Positions 25,961 through 54,860 of a stretch of DNA of 64,000 nucleotides are shown here, in pieces. How positions within the stretch are numbered: position 1 is the first letter of the stretch; every line of letters begins with the position of its first letter. The stretch lies in the NCBI GenBank assembly GCA_002269645.1, contig NIVC01003458.1, positions 1-64,000 of the forward strand. The letters run 5' to 3'. The notes under the pieces are model-generated. The model worked only from the letters and a program-made list of their open reading frames with translations, did no database searches and was not told the origin of the DNA. Position numbers and translations under genes: made by a program. This DNA is from Macrostomum lignano (Eukaryota).

Positions 25961-26291
25961 GAAGAGAAACAAATCTTAAGCGGGCCGGATTTCTATTGTG
26001 AAGTTTTAAATGACCCGAGGGCCGGATGCTTTTATGCATCGCATTGCAGATCAATAAATTAAAAAAACACAACTTCCAGCAGTTTATTTGTGTATAGTAG
26101 TTTAAATCGATAGATTTAAATGATTTTTATTTTTATAAAGGTTAATGTTCGTACAAATTTGCCTGCGTTAATAATCACAATCTAGTTCTAGCTCGTATGC
26201 TCATTAGCCGCTTGTTTCTTGTTACAGTTTTAATGTCATTCCAGCTGTCCAGCGAGTCAGTGTATAAAATTGGTCTTTTTCGGCCTTTTGC

Positions 26292-26691
26292 TCAGCGGCC
26301 AACTCTGAAATGTTTAAAATTGTGTTTGGTTGGAATTGAGTGTCTATATATAGATTTAGCGACACTAGAAAATGATTGAATTGAAGCAATAAAATTCTCA
26401 CCTGAAATCGCTCGGGTTGTACGTGTTGGGCTTCAGCGAGGCCAACAGAGCTTTGTACATTTTGTTCTTATTGTCCGAGCGCCGCTGAACGTAGTTGGGA
26501 CTCCAGCTGTAGGCGTTGCCGAAGAATCCGGCCGGATCGCCAGCCAGCAGGAACGACGCAGGGCGCGGACGGGTCGACAAAGATCGCAGCAGCTCGGATG
26601 GCTCAGAGATGCGCATTGTGGAGCAGCTGGTGCTGAGCAGCAGCGTCATAACTAGCAAAGCCATGGACACGTTGATGATTGCAAATCGCAT
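26292..26691 (-). CDS. Putative secreted neuropeptide precursor, 100 aa, C-terminal ...DFRV-GR (amidation signal)
   Basis: Exon 1 is 26691-26402 (donor AG|GTGAGA), then a 97-bp intron, then exon 2 at 26304-26292 (acceptor TTTCAG|A GTT GGC CGC TGA). Hydrophobic signal peptide, RR dibasic site, and a 27-aa peptide ending in Gly-Arg-stop. Confidence 0.72.
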
Positions 26692-27139
26692 TGTGCTGCT
26701 GGATGCTGGCTAGTAGAGAATTATCGATCCTAGAGACTAAAAAATCTTTTCGAGTGCAGGTTAGTCGAGTGCAACTATAGTTTCTTGGCGCAACTTCTGT
26801 ACTGCTGGGTGCTAGGAGGTATTTATACCCATGTCGCATGCAGAGCAATAGACGCGCTACTCTGTTACAAACATCGAACGGACCAACGGGATCTGATTGG
26901 TTCAGCAACGTGAAGTTCCTCAAATACTCGTACAAATGCAGTGTGTGCAGGATGGATTCGAATCAACAAAGATGAATACACGTGTGCTTGGGCCAGTCTA
27001 CATGTTCTCGATTTAATTAATGCATATAAAACTTCTAAAAACTTTAGCTTTACATGTGCATGTATAGTATGCATTATTTTCGATTTCGTTATAAAAATGA
27101 ATAACGACCGGTATGGCGGGGGGCGCAAGCGCCGTGATT

Positions 27140-27482
27140 AGACCGCGGTGACCAGCGAGGCCCCTATGGCAGTAAAAGAATTCATACAAGGCTTGTGCGC
27201 CCAGCCCCCGCCAGTAGTCGGCAGGTTCACAGAGGAGGCATCGGCAACCCTCGTTCGGCCGGAATCTCGGAAGAAGGGCGAGGTTCACGGATGTTGTCCG
27301 GGTGGACAGCTCGTCCATCCGCTGGGGGTGATCGTGGTGTTTTGTGCAGCGCCTTCTTGTAGAGAAGTACATGTAGGACAGAAGGTGATGTGATGCTCCG
27401 CGGTCTCATCTCCTATGCTACAGAAAGGACAGGTGGGAACCGTTTTGCAACGAGATATGTCTCTGGAAGAATCCTTGGCCAG
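27140..27482 (-). mobile_element. 5'-truncated non-LTR retrotransposon 3' end (R1/LOA/I-like)
   Basis: Minus-strand translation [14 protein letters not shown]../..[21 protein letters not shown], the ORF2 C-terminal CCHC knuckle with one frameshift, followed by a GC-rich 3' UTR. Confidence 0.7.
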
Positions 27483-28267
27483 TTAGGGCCATCACATCTG
27501 CCTGAGGTCGGTTCTGCTAATTGAGATCAGATAATCAGAGAGACTTTCTTGTTCAGGTTGTCACTGGTTAGATAATTAGCTAAGGTAGAAATATCTTTGG
27601 TTGAATTGACCAGATGTCCACCACGATATGAGTACGCTATCTGTAAGTGATCAGTAAGTGATCAATAAGTGAAAAACTACTGCAGACTAAAGCATCGTAT
27701 AACTATTAGCCCTTGGATCATTTGACTCTCTGGCGTGACCCCATTTCTTAATTTTCAAAGATACATTTAGAAGTATAGTACTTGAGTTTGGGGAGCTTAA
27801 GGGTTTGTGGTTGAGCCTAGCGTTGAGGCGATGCTACTTATCCTAGCGCCACAATCAAATCCATAGCTCGTAAATCCCAAGCAAAATCTCAAAATACTGA
27901 TATCTGATACCTACTGATACTGATATAATTACATTATAATCGTCATCTAGTGTCTCCGCTATCTCTGCTTTGACTGTGTTATCTTGAGCTTTCTGTTGTC
28001 TAAAAATTGCGGCCTAATTTTTGTTAAGATGACCACCTAAATTTAACATTAGTTTCGTAGAAACTAACGTAAAAATGCGACTTGTTGAATGAATTGAATT
28101 GAATGTCAGATGAATAAGTACTTTGCTATTTGAAGCCAAAATCTAATATATATCTACTCTCGCCGTTTGCTACAAAATTGTTTCAAATAAAATCTTTGTT
28201 TTTACCTTTTACTTTTAGCAATAGCAGTTAGCATTTCTTGAATGGGTTTTGGCACTGCAAAAAAATA

Positions 28268-30201
28268 ATGGTTGCGGAATTTCCTGTTGCTAAACTTCTG
28301 TACCTTGCTGTTCGACAGCTTGGAAAACCAATAGCCAATTTTTTTAAGGAACGAGCAAAATCGAGCTCATTCTTCCGGAATTACATTTGTATACCACCTG
28401 CACAGTGTAAGTATGATCTTTAAAATCTGCTTTGAATTTGACTAAGCAATATATGCAGTATACCTGTTAATAGAAATCTAATTAGTGATTATTAGTGATT
28501 GTGACGAATATTCAAGAGTAAAAAGAATACATAAAAACACATAATAATTAGTGATGAACACATAGAACCTTGATTATGATCAATGACAAACTGGCCAATG
28601 TTTGATCTTATATTTTTTCTCAAATGGATGGTAGTAGTATAATAATCACATGTAACTAATAAGCCAACAAAGTAACAAATCAGGTTGGGATGGCTTTGGA
28701 GGTTATGATCTTATAGGATAGTAATTAGATTAGGTGCAATTCTAGATCTGGCAAGTAACATTCATTAATAATACATGTAATAATGAACTTGTTTGCAGTA
28801 AGACTAATAACCAAGCTCCCAATAACTGTCCTTCCAAAGCCATATAGTTCAAAATGTTAAATAAGGTATTGCCAACCCAATAAAAAAGTATTGCTAACCA
28901 TCATCAGTATATATAAAAATACAACTTAATACATATTAAATATAGGCCTAAAAATACCAAATTACCAAAATACCAAAATTACCAAAATACACATTAAATT
29001 TTCCCAGTGAATATCAACCAAAGAACTAAGGATACAAAGGAACTGTCAATGTCACAGCTTAACAATGCCATAGCTAAAGGGGAGGATAGCCATCTTTCCT
29101 TTGGCAAAGATTGCAAAAGACTAAGTAAATTTTGGAAAAGGGCAAACAATGATATTTTTATCGTTGTTTGCCCTTTTCTTTTGATCTATACTAAGTAATA
29201 AAATCCTAGAATCTTAGTATACTTGCATAAACACTAAAAAGATATATATACTAAAAAATTAAGCTACTTTTTACTTTATTGGAGGCATTTTCTTTATACT
29301 AGTTTTTTTCAAAAAATAGTGATATGAGTTTAAACTGCTTAAAAGTATATATATTATTAAATAGTTAAAATAGTATTTAATAGTATATTATTTTTTAAAA
29401 ATCTATTCCCTTCTTATTATAATATTAGGTAATAAAATATATAACAGCATATAAATGCATATGTAGGCAAGGCAAGCACAAAAATTGTTTTAGCTGGTAT
29501 TAGCCTATCTTGTAATTTTGCTAAAATTTTTGCATGTATATAAGCTTGGTATACACATATTTTTATTGCAAAACAGGAATTGGCAAACTCTGGCCTATTG
29601 GCCACATGTAGCCAACTTAAGGTTCAAGTCTTTTCTTAGTTTTTTTTCCTCTCTCCTTTCCTTTCTCTTATCTCTCCTCAGATATTCCCTCTCCTCCCTC
29701 TTATCTGGCCTACAATCATGAGCCAGACTCTTTATCTGGCAAATTATATTTTTAATGTACACATGTCTTAATTCTTGTTCTTCAACAACTGGCTTTCTAC
29801 ATGGGGGTTGATTTTTGACAAACTAGAAATTTCATATCTGAATATCTACAAGCATTCCAATTTTAACTTCCGCATCCTCAGTGCACCACTGGTACGACAC
29901 CCGGCTCAAGATGCAGGCACTGGGTCTTGGCAAACCAAAGGCTGTTACTAAGCTCAACCCAGAACAGGCTGTGGACACCGGGGCCACCATTCTTGGCGAG
30001 GCTGTCATCTACCTGATCGCCGCGGCCACCATTATTGCTGAATATCAGCGACAGTCGCGCAGAGACAGCGCCAAGGAGGAGCTGGCAAAACAGAGGGTGG
30101 AAGACTTGGTGAATTCAGTGCATGAGCTCACAATGATAGCTGAGACCAACGCTGCTCAGCTGAGAGAGCTGGAGCGGCGAATCCATGCTAAGAAGCGGTG
30201 A
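28268..30201 (+). CDS. OPA3: OPA3 (optic atrophy 3) mitochondrial protein, 152 aa, 2 exons
   Basis: Exons 28268-28406 ([32 protein letters not shown], donor T|GTAAGT) and 29882-30201 ([18 protein letters not shown]..coiled coil). The intron falls at the same point as in vertebrate OPA3. Confidence 0.93.
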
Positions 30202-30454
30202 ATTGATACAAATTTGCTATATGTATTAGCAAGTCTGCTTTCTAGTGCTGGCCAATCTTGATATCAGCTCGTGCTCAAAGCTTATTCCATTCACCGCTTC
30301 AGCCATGGGATAATTTGACGAAACAGTGTCTTGTCTCGAAGTACAGGATCTGGTTTACAGTATAATTATGTGTGTGTAATTTGCTAAAGATTGATATCTA
30401 CAACACCGATAAAATTAGTCACCACAAGTCCTATTAAAATTCACACAAAACTGC

Positions 30455-30745
30455 AAGTCTCGCTAAAGATCACGAGAAGTGAAAGTCTAAAGATCACGAA
30501 AAGTGCAAGTCCCGCTAAACATCACAAAAAGTGCAAGTCCCGCTAAAGACCACGAAAAGTGGAAGTCCCGCTAAACATCACGAAAAGTGCAAGTCCCGCT
30601 AAAGACCACGAAAAGTGCAAGTCCCGCTATACATCACGAAACGTGCAAGTCCCGCTAAAGACCACGAAACGTGCAAGTCCCGCTAAAGACCACGAAACGT
30701 GCAAGTCCCGCTATAAAGACCACGAAACGTGCAAGTCCCGCTAAA
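30455..30745. repeat. 28-bp minisatellite AAAGACCACGAAACGTGCAAGTCCCGCT
   Basis: Direct. Confidence 0.9.
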
Positions 30746-31254
30746 ATTTGCAAAAAAACTGCAAAATCCTGCAACCCCTGGCGACCCATTTGTCTCCCCA
30801 TCCTATGTCTGCACTAATTAGCTGTCGCACTTACTTGAAGTATTTTTCATTTTGCTCTCTTGCGTTTCTACTAATAGTAGTGCGATTTTCTGCTAGCATA
30901 TATTTTTCGATGCTTATTTGTCGAACTCTCTCAGAACTGTTGGTCGCGTAGCAATTGTAGCAATTAGTGTGAAATAGAATAATTGTAAAGAGTTACTGAG
31001 CAATGAGCATGTTGTAGTTGATTTTCTTGTAATTCGATTTTGGATAAAAATCACTAAGTCTAAATAAATTCGGATATTGCGAATTGACGAGCTCGCGTCA
31101 GGCCATGCTGTGGGCTCTGAGTTTGGCACTTTGTATTGGTCCAAATTTCGCAATATCCAGGTCTTCAAGTTTTTAAATTTGCTATTGCAATTTTTAAGTG
31201 GATTTTGCAAGGATTTGTCTTTCTTAGCTTTCATTTTACAAAACTTCTTGGCTG

Positions 31255-31340
31255 GAGGGATGTCGTGAGATTCCCACCCATGAGGGCCAGCCTCCAAGGT
31301 CATGCCTGAAGTTTAGACAGTCAGGGCCGCTGTACACTCT
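31255..31340 (+). mobile_element. SINE central-domain fragment
   Basis: TGTCGTGAGATTCCCACCCATGAGGGCCAGCCTCCAAGG..CATGCCT..GTCAGGGCCGCTGTACAC aligns by eye to 22268-22360. Confidence 0.6.
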
Positions 31341-32134
31341 TTCTTCTGTCTTCTGACGAATACACGAGGAAATTTCACGACTTTAGTCTTCTGTGGCCTT
31401 GCTTCGTTCTCAACTCCTCCAATTGTAATGAATTGGGAAGTGTGGGGTCGGGGAAAGAATTTAATATCCTGCATCTGAGTTCCCACTCGGTCTTTCAGAG
31501 TTGAATTCTGAAATGCAATTTGGTTTTCTAATCTTTTTTGTCCAAGAGTTTCAGAAAAAAATTTTTGTTTGAACGCACGCGGGAAATCTGGCGCTTCCAA
31601 GTTCTGATTGTCACACCTGAGGCCCTCGCCGTCCATCTGTGGCAAATGAAGTTTTTCTTTTTTTCGATTAAATCCGGCATGAAAGCCCCTGAGATCATGC
31701 GCTCTGACCTCCCCAGAATTGAATTGCCATTCAGCCACTGCCGCCTCCTCCCCATTCAGTCCTGTTAATCTTCTCATTTGTGTTCGCCATCTGTTCCGAA
31801 GTCGTTTGAACTGGGCTAATAAAATTTCATCTCAGCCTTCCTGTTTTGAAGGACTCCTGGGACGGGATGGGAATGTGGACTCCCGGCCAAGGACTCCTGG
31901 CAGCTAAAATATATCTGGACTGGGAACAGGGTTCCAAGGCTGATCTTCAAATTTATTCTGTTCTCAAATTTAGCTTACATGTCAATTCTCGCTGCTGAAA
32001 CTTTATACTAGATCATGTACTTTTTTACATTACTGGAAAATTTCCAAGAAGTTTCCGGCTAAGTGCAGCCTTTCCCTCGATGCTAAACTAGACGTAAGCC
32101 ATGAGCAGATGCTGCATGTGCTCATGATGTAGTA

Positions 32135-32400
32135 CAGTACGCATGCAGGCACGAACTCGCACGCAAGCTCACAGGGTGTACATATGGAACATGGACAACA
32201 AACTGAAGGGCGCTGTCGCGTATGCTGTGGTGACACACAAGCTCTGGATGTGGTTTCACCATCAGCAAATCCGGTCGAGAAAATCCCATTTAGTCTCCAG
32301 CTCGATTTCGAAGAAAGCCGAGCGCAGCGTCCTTCTACTTCAATGGCTGTCCGTATGTACAACCCTGTGAGCTTGCGTATGAGTTCGTGCCTGCGTACTG
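32135..32400. mobile_element. MITE (Tc1/mariner-like CAGT..ACTG termini), ~50-bp TIRs
   Basis: CAGTACGCA(TGCA)GGCACGAACTCGCACGCAAGCTCACAGGG and its reverse complement ending at 32400. Left flank TA, right flank TG. Confidence 0.7.
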
Positions 32401-33765
32401 TGCTCAAGACTGAGCAGTCAACGGTCTCCAGCTCCAGCTCATTTTAGTCATATATATCTTTACGTGCTTTATCTGCAATTTTCTGCAATATGGTTGCGTG
32501 AAACTGCTAGCTCAGGTTCCAGTCCGGGTGTTGGTTTTTTGAAGATCCTTGATCCTTGCCATGCGTTATTCACCCCCCCCCCCTAAAGAAGACGCGAGTT
32601 CTCTGAGTTGCCATACGCGACCCCAGCCGTTTGTGCTTCATCCCAACCACTCCCTTCGTTCTCACACTGTCCTCTGAGCATTGAAGTATTCAGCTTTGCA
32701 ATTGGCTGTTCCACGCGACACCTTCGGCCTATCCGCGCCTGCCTCCACTCCCGTCGGGCCGGCCGCTCGCCTTCTTCTCATCCCACCAGTTCCTTTCCGC
32801 GCTTCTCTTCCCAGCTGGCTCTTCGGAGACAAAGCCTTTTGAGAGAGAGTCGCAATTGCTTTCAGAAGCCGCTCTCACCACCAAGTTACTGTGCTGACTC
32901 CGCGAGATTTGCGCTACCGCCGGTGCGATCTGTCTAGAGGTGAGCCACACAGAGTCACTGTTTGCATTTAATAAATTTTAATTAAATAAGCTTTGCTGTC
33001 CGTTTGGGTGGTCTCGAATATAGACAATCTTCTAGCGATGAAAGTTTGCTGATATCCGCCAGCATTTCAAAGCAGTGTTCTCAAATTAGCAGAAAATTTT
33101 GTCGATTAAAATGCCTTTCATATCCACCCATAGGCTGACTGCTGTTTACCGCATGGCTGCACCCAATAGTGCAGCTCTTTGGAAGCAATCGATGCTATTT
33201 TGTAGTCTCCATCCCCCAGTAGTTGCCATGTGCAGCCGACAGCTTTGCACAGGGTTGGCGGGAGCATGGAGAAGGTACTCGCAGACTGCGGTGAACCCTA
33301 GCTTTATCTGACGCGAGATGCCAATCCAGTTGATGAGAAAGCCCGTTGTTATATTATCGCGCGCAAACCATGGAGACACAGATAGCCGGGTATTGGCAAA
33401 CGACTGCGCGAATGAATGTTGTCACTGAGAGCGCGGGAGTTATGCTTATTAGATGAGGAGCGCTCACTGCTCTGCTCTAGGGAGTAGCTAAATTCTTTCT
33501 TCATCCTCCCATCCCAGTTTCCGTCAATTTTATTCTTTTTGTCTACTCAGCCAGCACTGCTCATCTACTGTAAAATGTTATTGTATATATTGCCTATAAG
33601 TTTTATTGCCTTCGACTGGGCAATTCAAGTGCCGCATCTGGGTAGCAGCTACAGTCGTGAACTTTTATTCATGACTCTATTTCAGTCATGGACAGCTGAA
33701 GCAGAGGGCCGCTGCGCTCGCAAACCGTGCAGATTTCGCTGCGAACTGCACTGGCGAGGTGGGAA

Positions 33766-34163
33766 GTTTCCAGTTCTTCAGCACTGAATTCCCAATTTCT
33801 CACCTGCTGGACTTCCGAATTGCAGATGCAGCCAGCAGGTGTTTTGTCAGAGCTGCGCTCAAAAGTTTATCAAGCTGCTTTTTCATGAACTGCTGCCGGA
33901 GACCGGCAAGCAAGCAAAGTTGCGGCGAGATTGCAGCTGCTCCTGTCTCTGCAGTGTTTTGTCTGGACGGATTTGTCTATGGCCAAACCCCAGTCAGCGC
34001 TGCGCAGAACTGCAAATCTTTGCGGAATCATTTTAGAAACACAGCAAAAATGCTTTTTAAACTTTTCTCCACCAACTTGTGAGCGCAGCTCGGACAAAAC
34101 ACTGACTTTCGGACAGTTCGGACAGTGACTTATTGGGAATTCAGTGCTGAAAATACTGAAAAC
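33766..34163. mobile_element. MITE family B with ~100-bp imperfect TIRs
   Basis: TTCAGCACTGAATTCCCAAT..GTGTTTTGTC(A/C)GAGCTGCGCTCA occurs inverted at both ends; a partial second copy lies at 59668-59790. Confidence 0.7.
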
Positions 34164-34329
34164 CGGCAGCCTCCTGCCGACGGTGTCGACATTCTGCTCA
34201 GTTTGTACATGATTTCAGCAAAAGTATAGACAAGTCAAACTTCATCAAGCTTCATTATTCTAGTTAAAAAATTCTATGTTTGTAAAATTATTAGAAAGGT
34301 ATATTATTATATCTACGAGCTATTCACCA

Positions 34330-34620
34330 TTACCCAGAAATTTCCAATACAGAATTAAAGCGCACCCCATCACAGCTTAGATTATCAAAGCCATAAACCA
34401 GCCTGCTAAACGATGAGGACTGCGAGACTGATGGGACCTGTCCAAAGTGCCATCCATGTTGGGGTAGAAAGTGAAGTTCAATTCCTGTTCAAGTGCAGCT
34501 GGAACTTTTAGAGTGCTCTCTGTGCTAAATTTGACCAGGAAATCTCGGATTAATTGAGAATAAAAAAGCTGTCTACAGTGGATAAAGTATTTTACCTAAT
34601 GATTCAAGAAGATTAGAGAA
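34330..34620 (+). mobile_element. Degenerate LINE (L2/Crack-like) ORF2 C-terminal fragment
   Basis: Translates to RIKAHP.., DGTCPKCIHVGVESEVQFLFKC and IKKLSTVDKVFYLM, resembling the C-terminal cysteine knuckle region. Confidence 0.45.
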
Positions 34621-34949
34621 CATAATGGGAATTCTAGCAAAATTTATCAAAGAGATGATAACCAGCTAGAATTCAACCCCTGAGTCTTCATATGTTTTTT
34701 ATTCATTAAATTTTCTCTTTCTTTTTTTGGTATATAAATTAATTCGCCTCAAATGATATTATAAAATATACAAATCAACTCTCTCTCAGAGTGTGCGTTT
34801 TCTAATAATAATAACAGTATTATTAGTAGCAATATCGATGGACTTATAAATATAGTTAATGTAGACGGGTTGCTTTCACCAAAGCGAAACTTCACAACCG
34901 CTAAAAAGACATGCCTGCCGTTCATGAAAGTGAGTGCAAAATTTTCAGC

Positions 34950-35390
34950 GTTTGTGAAGTTTCGCGGTTGTGCAGTTTCGCGATTGTGAAGTTCCGCGGT
35001 TGTGAAGTTTCGCGGTTGTGAAGTTTCGCGGTTGTGAAGTTTCGCGTTTGTGAATTTTTGCGGTTGTGAAGTTTCGCGTTTGTGAATTTTCGCGGTTGTG
35101 AAGTTCCGCGGTTGTGAAGTTTCGCGGTTGTGTAGTTTCGCGGTTGTGAAGTTTCGCGGTTGTGAAGTTTCGCGGTTGTGAAGTTTCGCGTTTGTGAATT
35201 TTCGCGGTTGTGAAGTTCCGCGGTTGTGAAGTTTCGCGTTTGTGAAGTTTCGCGGTTGTGAAGTTTCGCGTTTGTGAAGTTTCGTGGTTGTGAAGTTCCG
35301 CGGTTGTGAAGTTTCGCGTTTGTGAAGTTTCGCGGTTGTGAAGTTTCGCGTTTGTGAAGTTTCGTGGTTGTGAAGTTCCGCGGTTGTGAA
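34950..35390. repeat. 16-bp minisatellite GTTGTGAAGTTTCGCG
   Basis: Direct. Confidence 0.95.
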
Positions 35391-36344
35391 ACCCACTCCT
35401 TCAAATAATCTAGCTTAATAGACTTAGTAGCCTATAGTACAGTACAGCTACTCAACTAGTGTCCTGTGCTCAGTTGAGATGCAATTTTGCCGATTCTCAC
35501 GCTCTAGACACGCATCAGGTGACCGATTTAAATAAACTAGTTTCTAAGAAAGCGTGTCTGCGCATCAGCTTCAACAAATTTAGGTTGGAATGCACCGCCG
35601 CTGACCTCGAAATTGACGAAAAGTACAATGATTGGTTGCTATGATTGACTCCGGATTGTATGATAGTGCAACTAGTGAGCTGCTTCCGTCACTGTCTTGA
35701 AAAACGTCTCTCCTAGCAACAGCATCTGCCTGCCCCAACATTAGTTTCCAATATTGAGCAGGTGTTTTCCCCCGCTAATCCGTGTGTCATCCTGCAACCA
35801 GTGGCATCCGGCATGGATTCCTGCAGGACATCTGTCACGGCTCACAAATCTGTCTGTGTGCTCAGGGCACCGGCGCTCTGTTTGTTGTGTGCTGAAATAA
35901 TGCAAAACACACACAGACACAGGCACACACAAAGCCAATTTGAGTAAATGCAAATTGGGAGAAAAAGGCCCAATACCAATATATTGGGGACCTAAGACCG
36001 AAGATAATGCCAGGAAAAACTAGCAGGCTAAAGAATTGGGAGGGAAGAGAACAGCTCAACTTTGAGCTGAGTTCTTTTCAGTTCTTCCCGGCTGAATCGT
36101 ATCAGATGCCGAGAATTTTTGTGGCTGGGGTTGTGGAGTGAGTTCAGCAACTATGCATCCTTGTGTACTCAGCCGTGTGAGCCAGAGCAATATGATTTTT
36201 TTATTTTTAGTGTAGCAGAAAAAATGCAATACAGTTGAAGGAGTCGCAGTTCCCTTAGCTTTGCTCCGCAGTGCAAATACTGATAATTACTGAGGACTGT
36301 GGTGCGCTGAAGGATAAAGTGCTCAAGTTTATGAGTCCACGATT

Positions 36345-36975
36345 TCATGAGTGAATTCATGAGTTTATGATTTAAGTTTATGAGTGATTTTGAGTAAGTT
36401 CATGAGCTTAGTCCATGATTTGAATTCATGAGTGAGTTCATCAGTGAGTTCATCAGTGAGTTCATCAGGGAGTCCATCAGTGAGTTCATCAGGGAGTTCA
36501 GGATTTGAGTCAATTATTTGAGTTCATGAGTGAGTTAATGAGTGACTTTATGAGTGAGTTCATGAGTGAGTTCATGAGTGAGTTCATGAGTGAGTTCATG
36601 AATGAGTTCATGAGTGAGTTCATGAGTGAGTTCATGAATGAGTTCATGAGTGAGTTCATGAGTGAGTTCATGAGTGAGTTCATGAGTGAGTTCATGAGTG
36701 AGTTCATGAGTGAGTTCATGAGTGAGTTCATGAGTGAGTTCATGAGTGATTTCATGAGTGAGTTCATGAGTGAGCTCATGAGTGAGCTCATGAGTGAGTT
36801 CATGAGTGAGTTCATGAGTGAGTTCATGAGTGAGTTCATGAGTGATTTCATGAATGAGTTCATGAGTGAGTTCATGAGTGAGCTCATGAGTGAGTTCATG
36901 AGTGAGTTCATGAGTGATTTCATGAGTGAGTTCATGAGTGAGCTCATGAGTGATTTCATGAGTGAGTTTATGAGC
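36345..36975. repeat. 12-bp minisatellite GAGTTCATGAGT
   Basis: Direct; same unit inverted at 50720-50955. Confidence 0.95.
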
Positions 36976-37985
36976 GAGCAAACCGGTGTTTCATTCGGCT
37001 GAATTGAAGCGAAGAGCAAAAGCCCTTGTCAACTCAAGATCTCGTCAGTCGCCGAATCTGGAACTCAATCAGTCGGGATGCTTTTAAAGCTTTATTTCTC
37101 CTTGCATCCTTGAGAAGGATTCCCCTTTAAAGCATTGCTTGATTTCTGATTTTTGAAGCATCTTATCGGCTGCTGAATCAGGAATCTGAAATTCGATGCC
37201 CTATTTTGCTGCTCGACATCAACTACAAGGAAAAATCTGTTGTTCTAGATTGATGTCTACGTCTGCCACACCCAGTTCGGGTCCCGCGGAGTCGCAGCTG
37301 AATATCAAAGCTGGACAAATAAACAGCTTGGAAAGTTGCGCGCCAGACAAACTTGAAGGCAGCTGGGGGACCCGTCAATTTGACCCCCCCCTTCCCTCGT
37401 CAGAGAGTTCGGCTCAGGAATTTCTTGAGAGCGGATCGCCCTCCCCTCAATCAGGGCCGCTGAAACTGCATGGACGAGGAGTGATAGTGGCCTAATGATC
37501 GCTGGGGAATCCACTGCCTGCACGGGGGTACCGCAGACTGAAGACCAATACGAGCGTAGAGGATAGAGGGAGAGGGAGAGAGAGAGAGAGAGAGAGATGG
37601 GGAGAGAGACGGAGGCGACCTTGGTGCTCCGCATCTCGGGTCGCAATGACAGATGAATTTGCATTTTTCCAAGGCATTTTGGCCTCTTCAACCTCCTCAC
37701 GGCTGCCTCAAAGCAGGGCAATTGCAATGATTGCACTCCTCTCTTGCTCTTCGTTCTTTTCTTTCTTCTGCCTTCTGCTTCGTTCTATATATAGGGGTGC
37801 AGCACTCGAAGTCGAACATTTCCCGCTGATCTTTCTGAGCTCCCCCCATCCACCTCTCCTGGGATCTTGTAAGATCTGCAGCTAAATCTGGAATGCCGCT
37901 GCTTCAATACCGAAGCTGCAGGATTGATCAAAACCGCTGCTACTATGATAGAAAAATTACAGGGCCCTGCGTGTTGCATGGCGTC

Positions 37986-38508
37986 ATAAAATCAGGTTTA
38001 AAACAGTTCAGGGGCGTAGTCATGGGTGTGGGCCCCATAAGTTCATTGCGCCCCGCTGCAGCGGCTTTGACGCCCCTGGTGCTGAAGCCTCTGGTGATAA
38101 AGCCCTTGGTGCTAAAGCCCCTGGTGCTGAAGCCTCTGGTGATAAAGCCCTTGGTGCTAAAGCCCTTGGTCCTAAAGCCACTGGTGCTAAAGCCCCTGGT
38201 GCTAAAGCCCCTGGTGCTAAAGCCCCTGGTGCTAAAGCCACTGGTCCTAAAGCCACTGGTCCTAACGCCCCTGGTCCTAAAGCCCCTGGTCCTAAAGCCA
38301 CTGGTCCTAAAGCCCCTGGTCCTAAAGCCACTGGTCCTAAAGCCACTGGTGCTAAAGCCCCTGGTGCTAAAGCCCCTGGTGCTAAAGCCCCTGGTGCTGA
38401 AGCCTCTGGTGCTAAAGTCCCTAGTGCTAAAGTCCCTGGTGATAAAGCCCTTGGTGCTAAAGCCCCTGGTCCTAAAGCCCCTGGTGCTAAAGCCCCTGGT
38501 GCTAAAGC
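37986..38508 (+). repeat. Unique ~90-bp head plus 15-bp minisatellite AAAGCCCCTGGTGCT (copy 1)
   Basis: The head contains a 70-bp CAGGGGCGT..ACGCCCCTG inverted-repeat unit; a second copy lies at 40581-40788. Confidence 0.85.
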
Positions 38509-38701
38509 GCTATCGCGAGAAAACACTCGCAACTAAACTAATCTTCAGCGCACGGACAATCAGATCAATTTCTTCTTTAAAGTAGTAGATCGTCCCCGAA
38601 CATTTCAAGGTGAGCCTGCAGTGGATACCAGCCGTCCCCTACGAGCCGAAGCGAGTGAATCAAACCAATCTAAGCTGCTTGTCTCCGGCTCGCCTGCCTG
38701 A

Positions 38702-53861
<15,160 letters not shown>

Positions 53862-54129
53862 ATTTGAGACTGTGAGCGCATGAAATGCTAGCCGGCCGTT
53901 AGACTTCATCGTTGAGATGCCCCCCCCCCATTAATGACTCACCAAATTGGTCGCACCGTTTGCCCAGTGTGTATTATATATATAAATATAAAATATGCAT
54001 CGATTTTTCTGGCACAGTTTGAAAAAAATACATATAACTTATTTAGCTGGGTCCGCTCAGCTGACTTGCTGCATCTGTCAAGCATTGATGCGATTGATAA
54101 TCTATGATTTATGGCTCTGTTGATGGAGT

Positions 54130-54860
<731 letters not shown>

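Noticed and set aside
30914-31777. 129-aa and 154-aa minus-strand ORFs
   Set aside because: No recognisable motifs, AT-rich non-coding-like composition, and they overlap a SINE fragment.
34749-38585. ORFs of RETSQPRNF, MSEF, KPLVL/APGAL repeats
   Set aside because: Products of 16-, 12- and 15-bp satellites.
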